Source of the DNA: an uncultured Acidobacteriota bacterium
GTDB lineage: Bacteria > Acidobacteriota > UBA6911
Length of the DNA: 64,000 nt
Reading direction: 5' to 3'
NCBI GenBank assembly: GCA_963827655.1
Contig: CAWHCF010000035.1
Location: 34,010-98,009 of the forward strand
Shown piece after piece: positions 1 to 10,540 of this stretch (positions within the stretch are counted from its first letter, which is position 1; each line of letters starts with the position of its first letter). Position numbers and translations under genes: made by a program. The notes under the pieces are model-generated. The model worked only from the letters and a program-made list of their open reading frames with translations. It did no database searches and had not been told where the DNA came from.

Positions 1-1600
1 TGACGTTACCGTAGAAGTCCTGGCCGTAGTTGTCCGGGGTGTACTCCTCGCCGTTGAAAAAGAAAGTCGTCGGCTCATCCACCACGGTCGTTGCCGGCGT
101 AATCAGAGGCTGGCTGCCATCGGCGCCGCTGGCCAGAGCTGCGGCGTAGACGAAGGGTTTGAATACCGAGCCGGGCTGGCGTCGCGCCAGAACGTGGTTG
201 AGCTGGCTCTTGCCGTAATCGCGGCCGCCGACCAGGGCTTTGATTGCGCCCGTTCGCGGATCCAGCGCGACGAAGGCCACCTGAGGAAGCGGGACGTCCT
301 CACCTTTTTTCCGCAAGCGCGCATTGCGTTTCGCGAGCTGGGCGTCCACGTTTTTCATGCCGGCTTCGACGGCGTCGACGGCCGCTCGTTGCAGAGCTGC
401 GTCCAGCGTGACGTAGATGCGGTGACTCTCGGAATTGAGTTGCTCTTCCGAGAATCGGTCAAGCAGCTCATCTTTGACCATATCTACGAAGTAGCCGGAG
501 AGGTTGGTTCCCAATCTCGCGTTTACCAGGCGCATGGGATTCTTCTTTGCCGCTTCCGCCACTTCGGGCTTTATCGCCTGGCTTTCGACCATTATCGCCA
601 GGACTCGGTCTCGCGCCTCGATCGCCCGCTCCGGTCTTCGTTCCACTGAAGAGTAGCGGTTCGGCGCGCGAATGATCCCTGCCAGAAAAGCCGCTTCGCC
701 CAGATTCAGTTCACGGATGTCCTTTCCCAAATAGGCTTGCGAGCCTTCGCCGAATCCGTGGATGGCGAAACTCCCGCGATTGCCCAGATAGATCTGATTG
801 GCGTAGAGTTCGAAGATCTCCTGTTTGGTGAATCGATGCTCGAGCAGCAAGGCCATGTAGGTCTCGGCCAGTTTGCGGCCCCACTCCCGGCGTGTGGTAA
901 AGAAGAAACTGCGCGCCACCTGCATGGTTATGGTGCTGGCCCCCTGCGCTTTTGAGCCGCGCCGAACGTCGGCCCAGGCCGCTCCGAAGATGCGGATAGG
1001 ATCGAACCCTGGGTGATCGAAAAACCTCTTGTCTTCGGCTGCGAGGACCGACTTGACCAGGACGTCCGGTAAATCAGAAAAGCGCACCAGCCGGCGCTTT
1101 TCGCGCGAGCGGTCGAAAAGGTTGGTCAGGAGTTCGGGCTCGATCTCAGCCACGGAGAGCACGGATTTTGTCTCCAGTGAGCGGATGCGCGAGATCCTGG
1201 GACCGCTGAACTCGACCCGCAAGGAGTTGCGTCCTCCGAAGTAGGAGTGGGGCGAGGGATAAATCTCGATTGCCCCGCCGGATGGACGGAAAATCCCGGG
1301 CGCATCGGGAGCCGCGGATTCCCCATAACCGGCGGCCTGGAGGAAACTCCGGAGCTGGGCGGGCGACATTACCTCTCCGACTGCGATCCGTCGCGGCGCC
1401 GTGAAGATACGCGAGGTAGTCTGATAGAGATAGCCTCCCTCGATCTCGTCGATCATCCGTGAAAAGCGGACGTAATAGTAGGTAAGCACGCCGAGAGGGA
1501 TGACGACAGCCAGACAGGCTCCCACCACCAGGATCCGCCCGCGGCGCGAGGACCAGAGTTTCGCGAGCTCAGCCCACGTTGAAATTGCAAGTCCCCGCAC
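1..1600 (-). CDS. mrcB: Bifunctional transglycosylase/transpeptidase (class A PBP, PBP1B-like); runs off window edge, contains frameshifts
   Basis: Manual minus-strand translation: N-terminal TM (RILVVGACLAVVIPLGVLTYYY), GT51 motifs AAEDKRFFDHPG, GASTITMQVAR, RKLAE, and transpeptidase SxxK motif QPGSVFKPFVY; not listed in the ORF track. Confidence 0.85.
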   Translation of the reverse strand, partial: MRGLAISTWAELAKLWSSRRGRILVVGACLAVVIPLGVLTYYYVRFSRMIDEIEGGYLYQTTSRIFTAPRRIAVGEVMSPAQLRSFLQAAGYGESAAPDAPGIFRPSGGAIEIYPSPHSYFGGRNSLRVEFSGPRISRIRSLETKSVLSVAEIEPELLTNLFDRSREKRRLVRFSDLPDVLVKSVLAAEDKRFFDHPGFDPIRIFGAAWADVRRGSKAQGASTITMQVARSFFFTTRREWGRKLAETYMALLLEHRFTKQEIFELYANQIYLGNRGSFAIHGFGEGSQAYLGKDIRELNLGEAAFLAGIIRAPNRYSSVERRPERAIEARDRVLAIMVESQAIKPEVAEAAKKNPMRLVNARLGTNLSGYFVDMVKDELLDRFSEEQLNSESHRIYVTLDAALQRAAVDAVEAGMKNVDAQLAKRNARLRKKGEDVPLPQVAFVALDPRTGAIKALVGGRDYGKSQLNHVLARRQPGSVFKPFVYAAALASGADGSQPLITPATTVVDEPTTFFFNGEEYTPDNYGQDFYGNV

Positions 1601-1866
1601 GAAGCGGATCGCCAACGAAATCTTTGAAGGGGAATTGTCTGGATCGATGTCTGGAGGTTTATTCACGCGCCTTGGCCAAATCCTTCTACGGCGTGGTGTC
1701 CGGGCATATCAATCAGGCGACGTGTCTTCACTCGAAAATTCTAGCATCCGCGGGAAGCGCTGTCGATCAGTGGTTTCGGGGCTTGCGAGGCAGACCTTTG
1801 AGTCCAGAAGCTACCACTTTGGTTGGGCGATGAAACTGTTGACTAAGCTATGCCGACAGTCTGTCG

Positions 1867-2318
1867 CTAGGGTTTGAGATCGATCGCCGCTTTGAAGCTG
1901 CCGTCCATGTAGAAAGGCACGGATTCATGCGAATGGGTTATCATCCACCTGTCATCGATCCTGCGAAGGCAGATTGTCGCCCGCAGCCACATGTCGAATT
2001 GCTCTCCGCTTGTGTTCCTTCCACTGAGGCGGTTGAGGCTGTGGCAGAAGGCCACGTTATCGCCGGCGGTGATGCTCAGGTCGTGGATCTCGTAGCCAAG
2101 GGAGCCCTGGAACGTGGAGAACCACTCATCGAGGGCCTTCTTATTGCGCGCATTCGCTCCAGCGTATTTAAGCGGCGGCGCCAGAGCGAAATGGACGAGA
2201 TCGGCCGCATAGTGGGAGAGGAAGCCGTCTGGTATCCTTGCTTCGGAGGGCTTACCCAATCATCGAGCAACCTACGAATCTGAGCTTCATGATTTGCCTT
2301 GGTGTTTGAGTCGTCATG
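1867..2318 (-). CDS. SnoaL/NTF2-like (DUF4440-type) protein, frameshifted near the 5' end
   Basis: ORF 1867-2259 ends WMITHSHESVPFYMDGSFKAAIDLKP; the N-terminal part EAQIRRLLDDW lies in another frame; ATG near 2318. Confidence 0.75.
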
Positions 2319-2901
2319 TTCTACGCTGAAAATCTCCGCGTTCAATGGATGATCGTTCGAGGGCACGATTCTACGGGCTCGACTCTTCGTCATATGACGG
2401 ACCGGAAAGGCGTGAAATCACAGTCCTAAGGTCGATGGGACTCGATGCACCCCATGTATGCGAGAGTGAGAACCGCGACCAGAGTGACCCCGTTGCTTGC
2501 CGACGAGCGAGCGCCATAGCGCAAATCCTGAATCAAGGTTTCCATTCCGGGCCTCCCATCACTAACGGAGCCGGTCCAGGCATATAAATCCGTGGCTTAT
2601 TAGACGCTGGAGTGTAGCGATAAGTTTGGCAAATAGAAAGCGCTAACCACGAAGACGCGAGGGCACGACTAAACGCCAAGTATATTAACGGTCCGAAAAT
2701 CCTACAGCGGCGGAGTCTTTTAGCGTAGAATCGCGAACTGCGGGATTGTCTGGGATGCGCAGAACGCCCAGCGTGGTTGAACATGATCCCCGAGCACGGA
2801 ATGCTCACGTCCGATTCCCGGTGCTGCTTGCTTCACCCCCTTCCGCGCATCGACGCTTCCGCATCAATAAAGGTAAGCAGACACCGGAAAAGGAAGAGCA
2901 C

Positions 2902-5900
2902 GTGCGCCCGATCAAGGCTCGCCGGGTGATTCCCGTCGCGGTTTCACTCTTCGTCGTCAGTGCCACTCTCTACGCCGCGTCGTTCCGCGGCCCCGAGCTT
3001 TCGCCCCAGCAGCAAAAGACGTTGCGCGACAACTTCGCGCTCTGTGTGAGCAAGCTCAAAGGACCGTATACCGAGAACGTCTGCGTGTGCCCTGACGGGC
3101 GTAAGATTCCCGTCCGGGGCGCGAGCGGGCAGGTCGGAATCGGCTGCAAGAACGCCGTCTTCTGCGCCGCGTACCGCGCGCCGTGGGCCGAAGCGCTGGC
3201 GAAGCAAGGCGTGTACATCGGCAACATCTTCTCGCGCGATCTCTACCTCTGGGATACATTTCCCGACCACAACAACCTGGTGCGCGGATACATCCTGGAG
3301 AACTACTTCGTCGAGACCAACCCGCGCCACAAGCTCAGCCAGCTGCGGGCCTTCGGCGGCCTCTCCGGCGCCGAATACGAAGTCGCCGCGTCCCCGCGCT
3401 TCTTCGAGCGCTATCTGGCCGCTCCCGAGTTCAGCGAGACACGCCATTTCCTTCTCGCCTACGAGCTGCAGAAGCGCTTCTTCGTTCGCGAAGATGTGGG
3501 TCAGATCCAGAAGGTCCGCGTCCTGGCCGTGCGCATTCACGCGGCCGATCCCAAGTTCAAGCCGCTGCGCGATGCGGTCCACAACCAGATCTCCGCCGGC
3601 CTTCTCCCCAAGCTCGAGGCCTACCGGAACGGCTTGCCGCAGGGTGCGGCGCGCACGCAGACGGACGAGTTGATCGCCGAGATCCTCAAGCTGACCGCGG
3701 TCGACGGGCGCGCGCTGCAGAGTCAGGTGGCCGAAATCCAGGACGCCGCGGTGCGCGCCGAACTCAGCGCGCTGCTGCCACAGACCGCCGACCCGGTTGA
3801 TGCCATGGTCTCCTTGGGCCGGTTCATGGCGCTGGCGCGCCAGCGCGTTGCTGCACGCAAATTGTCCGGCGCAGACTCGCGTCGCCTCATCGACCTCGTC
3901 ATCACGGCCGCGACGGATGTGCAGCGACGCGGGAGCGCGCTGGTGGAAAGCCGCACGCCGCTCAGCGCAAAGCGGAACCTGCAGCTGCTCGGCGCGCTGA
4001 CCGACGCCACGTACGGCGTCGGCTTGCTTGGCAGGCGCGAGTGCGATGCCGCCGGCACGGCCCTGCGCGAGCTTGCTTGCCGCGCCCAGCCAGTCACGCA
4101 CGGCCTTTACCGACAAACTGAAGGAGGCACGAGCGCGTCATGGAGTGGGCGCAGGCCAACGCCATGCTCCCCTTTGCCGAGGTGCTGCCGGCCTGGGAGC
4201 TGGTGCTGCCGCAGACGGCCGGCATCCGCGACGACATCCTGCGCGGCTCGCCGCTTCTGCTCTACGCCCAGGTATCGCGCAACCTGGACGACTTCGCGCA
4301 GGGCAGGCAGCGCATCCGCCACAACCTGTTCGGCGCCGAGGTCGATACCGGCCTGCGCGCCCTCAACCCGGGTCTGGCAATGGGACGGCTGCGCGTGGCG
4401 CCCAAGGCGGGCGGCTTCACGCGCGAAGAGATCGTCGTCTTGTCGGAAACGCCCGCCGACCTCGACCCTGCCGCCGGCATTCTCACTCAGGGTGAGGGCA
4501 ACATGCTGTCGCACGTGCAGCTCCTGGCGCGCGCGCTCGGCATCCCGAACGTCGTACTCGGGCCGGACGCCTACGCCAAGATCAAGCCGCACGACGGACA
4601 GCAGGTCTTCTTTATCGCGACGCCGGGTGGACGAGTGATTCTCAAGGAAGCCGCGGCGATGACGGCTACGGACCGCGCCGTGTACGAGGAGTACACGCGT
4701 AACGAGGCGCGCGCCGCGGACGGCAGCCTGACGGGCGGCAGACCGCGGCTGCATATCGACCGCGCCAAGGTCGACCTGAGCAAGACGATGCCGATCGATC
4801 TGAGACAGGTGCGCCGCAAGGACTCGGGCCGCTTCTGCGGCCCCAAGGCGGCCTATCTCGGCGAACTGAAGCACGTCTTTCCCGATCGCGTCTCGCGCGG
4901 CCTGGTGATCCCGTTCGGCGCCTACTACACGCACTACCAGAGCACTAAGGTCGCCGTGCCCGACAAGCTCCGCGCCCTGAACCTGGCGACGCCAGGCGAG
5001 CCGCTGCCGGCCTTCGTCGAGCGAACCTACAAGCAGTTCTTCGGCGGGATGGTAGCGGCCAAGACCGGCGAGCAGGAGCTGTCCGCCTGGATCATGCCGC
5101 GCCTCGACATCATCCGCCACTCCATCCGCCAGGCGCCGCTTTCGGCCGAGCTGAAGACGGCGATTCACAAAGGACTCGAAGCGAACGGGCTGATGACCGG
5201 CGCGGACCAGACGCTCCGGCTGCTTCGTGCGCAGCGACACCAACGTCGAGGATCTCGACAACTTCAACGGCGCCGGACTCAACCTGACTCTATTCAACAT
5301 GAAGTCGCTCAACGACATCTACGAGGGCCTGAAGGAGGTCTGGGCCTCGCCGTTCCAGTTCCGCTCCTTCTCCTGGCGCCAGACGCTGATCGACGACCCG
5401 CTGTGGGTGCTGGCCTCGGTCGTCATCCTCGAGTCGGTTCCGAACGACAAGTCGGGCGTCCTGGTGACGGCGGATCCCAACTCGGGAAGTCCGGACCGGA
5501 TGCTGGTGGCGACGTCGGAAGGTATCGGCGGCGCCGTGGACGGGACCTCCGCCGAGACGCTGGTGTGGTCGCCCAAGCGCGTCGAACTGATCACTCTGTT
5601 CAAATCGCCCTGGCGGAACCAGCTCCTGCCCGGCGGCGGCAGCGCGATCGTCCCGGCGTCCGGGACTGACACGGTGCTGGCTCCCGCCGATCTGCAGGCG
5701 ATCATCGACGCCGGCCAGAAGATCAGCAAGAATTTCCAGCCTGTGAAGGATCCCGCCGGAAAGCCGCGGCCCTGGGACATCGAGTTCGGATTTGCCGCCG
5801 GCAAGCTGTGGCTGTTTCAGTGCCGACCGTTTCTCGGCAACGACCAGCTCAAGAACGTCCCCGCCCTCGCGCCACTGGAATGGAAGACCAGCGCGAAAGG

Positions 5901-5937
5901 CAGTGACATGCTCTCGCTCGAGGAGAGGATCGGATGA
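2902..5937 (+). CDS. Exported PEP-utilising/PPDK-family dikinase-like protein (signal peptide, unknown N-domain, phospho-His domain, ATP-grasp domain); two frameshifts (~4090, ~5220)
   Basis: Joined ORFs 2746-4638, 4140-5669, 5227-5937; GEGNMLSHVQLLARALGIPNVV; GPKAAYLGEL, VRSDTNVEDLDNFNGAG, EVWAS, WDIEFG, LFQCRP; GTG at 2902 after a purine-rich RBS. Confidence 0.85.
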
Positions 5938-5971
5938 ACTCGATATCTTTCTTGTCATGGAGGGTGACAGA

Positions 5972-7674
5972 ATGGACAGGCCGGCAGGCGCTCTGCGGCA
6001 CGTCCTTTGCTCGCGTTGCTCATCTGCCTGCTGGCGTGGACCACGCCCGCGCCATCCATCGCCATCGCGGCGCCGCAAGCGGCCGAGAAAGCCTGGGACG
6101 GGAGCGCGCCGCCGCAGGGCATCTACTTTCACTGGTACGAGCCGTCTTTCTACACGGGCTTTGCGCCGGGTTCGCAGGATCCGAGCCGCGTCCACATAGA
6201 GCTGTCGCGCGGCAACCAGGTCCGCTTCACGCTCGTGCTGGGCGACGCCGAGCTGGACCACTACCTCGACGATCTCGCGGCGCGCCGCACGATCTACCAG
6301 GAGCTGATCGACGCCAAGGTAATCGAGCTCACGACCAACAAGGAGTACGAGCGCTTCATCGAGGCGCTCGACCGCGCCCGCGTAGCCGACGCGCGAGCGA
6401 ACCGGACCGGTTCGGGCCCGGAGGGCTACCGGCAAAAGAGCGTCGAGATCATGAGCCTGCTCAATCCAGGCCGCATCTTCCGCATACGAATCAGGCTCGA
6501 TCGCGTGCTCGCCGCCTGGCATGCGCAGCTCGCTGCAGCCGACCTGGCCTCGGACGCCGGCCGGCTCGACGCTGCTAATGCCATCCTGCCCGGGCGCGTG
6601 GACCTCTACGAGTTGAAGCCGGAGCTTGTCTCGGCGCTCGGCAAGGCCGCGGAGACAGCGCGGGCCGGCAAGGCGGACGACCCGGCGTTCCGCGACCAGG
6701 CCCTGGCCTTCCTCGACAAGGCCACGCAGGGACGCTACCGCGTGCGCGACGGCTTCGTCGACGCGATAGAGTTCACCGCCATCTACCCGGCCGGCACGAT
6801 CGCGGCCACGACCAGTTACAAGGGCGAGACTCTGCCCCAGTTCGGGGTCACCGGGGTCTGGCCACTCATCGCGCGCACGCAGGGGCGCGGGCTCGTCGGC
6901 ATGGTCGACTACATCTCGTCCAATCCCGGCTACGGCTTCATAACAATGTTGCCCTACCAGCACGCCGGCGGCATCGAGTACAACGCCTTCCACAACGCCG
7001 GCGTGCGGTGTGCCCTCGATTCGACGCCGTTCCTCCCGTCGGAGTGGCGGAAAGCGGTGAGCTCGCGCGACGGCAAGAAGCCATATCAGAACCTCTGGAT
7101 CGCCAGCCGCGGGCCTGCCTCGCACGGCTGCACGCGGCTCGGCTCCGGCCATATGACCGAGCTGCGCAACAGCTTGCCGTCCAGCTCGAAGGCGCTGGAG
7201 CAAGTGGATACGTTCCGCAACCTGGTGCAGTGTTACGACGTGTTCGACGTCGACGGCAGCGGCTCGCCCCGGGTGATGGGGGTACAGTACTATCTGGCCT
7301 TCAAGGACAGCGGCCACACACCGGTCGCTGCCCATGTGACCAACAAGCGCGAACCCTTCTACAAATGGCTCTACGGCAACAACGTCGAGCTCGCGCCGGT
7401 CGGCCAGGCCAAGCTGAAAGAAGTGCCCACCTGCTGCTTCGTCGGCAAGAAGAAGGCCCGGGAGGCGCAGGTCTATAAGAACCTGCCCCTCTACGAAGCC
7501 GAATGGGCCGCGGAGTCTATTCAGTTCTACAGGCTCAAGCCGGCTCCCTTCGACAGCGCCAAGGGGTACGAGTTCAACCGTGAGCTGCGCAAGGTGGGAG
7601 TGGGGCACACCACCGATCGAAGCAAATTGTTCCTGAAGGGGACAGGCTACTCAACTCCCGATTTCGTGAAATAG
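5972..7674 (+). CDS. Exported hypothetical protein with an L,D-transpeptidase-like SHGC motif
   Basis: ORF 6007-7674 with signal peptide; likely ATG 5972 after GGAGG with an early frameshift; AFHNAG...RGPASHGCTRL. Confidence 0.7.
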
Positions 7675-8853
7675 ACACGGCCCGTGCGAAACATTAATAG
7701 AGATGCCACGGTGTGCTCGTGTTGTCATTCCTGGTTGCCCGCACCACGTCACCCAGCGCGGCAACCGCCGCCAGAATGTCTTCTTTTCCGATTTGGATCG
7801 GACTGTGTATATCTCACTGCTGCGCAAGTACTTTGTCCTTTCTCATCTTCATTTGGCAGGCTACACTTTGATGACCAACCACGTCCACCACATTGCCATA
7901 CCCGAATTTGCCACCTCCTTGGCCAAAGGATTCCGTCTCCTTCATCAGGATTTCTCCCGATGGCAAAACATCCAGCAAAACGTCACAGGTCATTTATGGC
8001 AGAACCGCTACTTCTCCTGCCCCCTCGATGAAGACCACTTTTGGAAGGCGCTACGGTACGTCGAACTCAATCCAGTTCGTGCCGGGCTGGTAAGAGATGC
8101 ATGGGAATGGCCGTGGTCAAGCGCTAGAGCACACATCACCGGAGTTGACGATTCGGGTCTGCTCGATATGGAATTGTGGAGGTCGCGCTTCGACGGAAAC
8201 AGTTGGAAGGAGTTTCTGAAAGAAGATCTCGTCGCATCCGAAACAGACCTCATCCGGATCGCGACGAGCACTGGCCGTCCGTTGGGGACCGACGACTTCG
8301 TTCGCCAACTCGAAAAACTCACAGGCAGGTCGCTGCGCCCACAAAAGCCGGGTCCGAAATCCGGGGCTCTCTAGGTTTCCAGCTCGGCCAAACTGAGATT
8401 TATCCCTAAGATTTGACATTGTGAGCACCCGTTGCGCAGGGGCAAGCTGTCAGCCCTCAGCGCTCAGCTTCAGCAGTCAGACCGGTAGCGGTGCGTTCGC
8501 TGCCCACGAGCAGCCTTCGGCGCATCGGATGGACGACACCCAAGCACCTCGCATCACGCGGCGAGGACACGGATGAGCTTCTGGATAGCGTCATCAGCCC
8601 TGTGATAGGCTACTTCGATCTTGGCGGGCGACTGGGCGGTTTTTTTGCGGCCGATGATGAAATAGCGAGTTTGCCAACGGGCCGCAAACACGGGTGGGAA
8701 ATAGTACGAACATAGCACCATCGAGGTGAAGCGCATGCTGACCGCGCTCATCCAAAAGCTGAACGCTGACCGCTGGAGCGCTGAAAGCTCCCGTGCCCAA
8801 GATTTCAAGTATCCTTGGCTATCGTTAGATCGGGAGTTGAGTAGCCTGTCCCC
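7638..8853. mobile_element. RAYT-carrying element bounded by perfect 25-bp inverted repeats
   Basis: GGGGACAGGCTACTCAACTCCCGAT at 7638-7662 and its exact reverse complement at 8829-8853. Confidence 0.75.
7703..8374 (+). CDS. REP-associated tyrosine transposase-like Y1 HUH transposase
   Basis: HHVTQRGNRRQNVF, LMTNHVH (HUH), LWQNRY, YVELNPVRAGLV, WPWSS. Confidence 0.9.
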   Translation: MPRCARVVIPGCPHHVTQRGNRRQNVFFSDLDRTVYISLLRKYFVLSHLHLAGYTLMTNHVHHIAIPEFATSLAKGFRLLHQDFSRWQNIQQNVTGHLWQNRYFSCPLDEDHFWKALRYVELNPVRAGLVRDAWEWPWSSARAHITGVDDSGLLDMELWRSRFDGNSWKEFLKEDLVASETDLIRIATSTGRPLGTDDFVRQLEKLTGRSLRPQKPGPKSGAL

Positions 8854-8857
8854 AGTT

Positions 8858-10496
8858 TCACTTTCCACCTGCCAGTTCACCCAAGAGTTTTCGCAGCAGC
8901 GGGGAGTCCGGACTGAATTCAAGGGCTTTCAGCAGCACTGCCCGCGCCTGTGTCGTATCGCCACGGTTCAAGTGCGCAATAGCGATATTGATCCTCGCCT
9001 CTTCCAGGGCCGGGTTGCGCGAGAGCGCGTCCTGCCAAAGGTGAATCGCCTCGGCCATCCGGCCTCGCGCCCCATAGTGGTTTGCCAGATTCACGGCCGC
9101 CACCACCAGCGCCGGATTGAGCCGGAGCGCGCGCTCGTAAAGAGCTATGGCTTTATCGCGCTCGCCCGCGCGATCGTACAGGTGACCCAGACGGTAGAAA
9201 ACCTCGCTATCCGCCGATCCTTTCCTTGTAGCCTGCTCGAGCCGTTCAATAGCCTGGGCGCCTGAGGACTTACTTTCAGTACTGAGCGCCAATTCCGCAT
9301 GGGCAAGACCCACTTCCCTTTCTGTCGCGGCAGCTCCACGGAATGGAACGAGTAGAGTCGCGCTTTCAGATCTGGCTTGCGTGATTCGGGGCCTGGCAAT
9401 GGTATGGTCCGTCAATACGCCGTGACCGCCGTCCACGACCCGGTTCCTGGGCATGTGGCAGGAAGCGCAGTCGTCTCCGTTCGCTCGCCGCAGCTCGACC
9501 TTCGTTTTGCAATTATTCGTCTGATGACATGTGAGGCACTTTTCCCGGAAGTAATGAACGCGCTCTGCTTCGCCGGGAAGAGAGTGAGGATCATGGCAAC
9601 TTCCACACCAGAGCCGGTCCCCGCTGGCTTTCTTGCATCGGCTCTGCCAGAGTTTTTCCACGTGGCTGGTCGCCTTGAGAGCCTGCGTCTGGACGTCAGC
9701 CGGAACGAAGGAGATAACAAAGTCGGCAAGAAGATCGCCGGGTCGAAAGCGCAGCGAGCGAGCGTCCCGCCCGGGCGATGCGAGCCTCGCCTGTGAGATG
9801 GCACTGTTCGCATATGCTGTCGCGGCGCAGCGGGTCGAGTTTTACCGGGTTTACGATTTCAGTCACGCCCGAGGCCCGCGCGAGACTCATCTTTTCGATG
9901 TGCTTTCGGCCGGGTCCATGACAGCGCTCGCAGCCAATCCCGCCTTGCAGAAAGGGGGGATCGGAAAAGCGGTTTTGTGTGCTATCGATCGCTTGAAGGT
10001 CACTGGCATGGCACTCCAGGCAGTTGGTCTCGATGGGGCGCGTGAGGTTGACGTGATCGTATCGATCGAATCCCGGCGACATGTCCCATTTCTTGAGCCG
10101 GGAATAGTAGGTGACCGGTAGCTGATAGAGAAAGCCGTCCAGCGCGAACAGATAACTGCGGCCGGCAGCGCCCGATCCAACGAAATAGTCGAGCCGCCGG
10201 CGGTCCCGAAGCTGACGCCCGGATGATTTTGAATTCGGCCGCTCGAATTCCAGAAAGTAGTCGTCAGCAGTCTTGCTGACTCGATATTGGACGTCCGAAC
10301 GCGGGTGAACGAATTTGCTCGATTCGAGATCCGCAGGAAGGGTTCCGCTTTGTACCGTCCCGCTCGAGAGCGCCATCGGAGTGGCGGAGTAACTTCGAAA
10401 GATCCTGGAGTGGCAAGGGGCGCACGCGGAGTTCCCGACGTATCCCTCCGCGCGGGGCGAGACGAGGGCAAGCAGGAGGAGGGTCTTTTCGAACAT
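8858..10496 (-). CDS. Exported multiheme cytochrome c (7 CxxCH) with C-terminal TPRs; frameshift ~9750
   Basis: CAPCH, CLECH, CERCH, CEQCH in ORF 9696-10496; CGSCH, CLTCH, CASCH and TPR helices in ORF 8858-9661; signal peptide. Confidence 0.85.
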
Positions 10497-10540
10497 CGAC
10501 TATGTACCGCCAGGACACGAAGGCGCAAAGATGCACCAGG

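Noticed and set aside
2902-5937. Programmed frameshifting in the dikinase or other split genes
   Set aside because: No consistent slippery sites noticed, and indels affect genes of all kinds across the window
5290-7608. 772-aa minus-strand ORF and similar long antisense ORFs (e.g. 2944-4116, 4107-5318, 14154-15194, 62937-63962)
   Set aside because: Shadow ORFs of high-GC genes with no motifs; the opposite strand carries recognisable proteins
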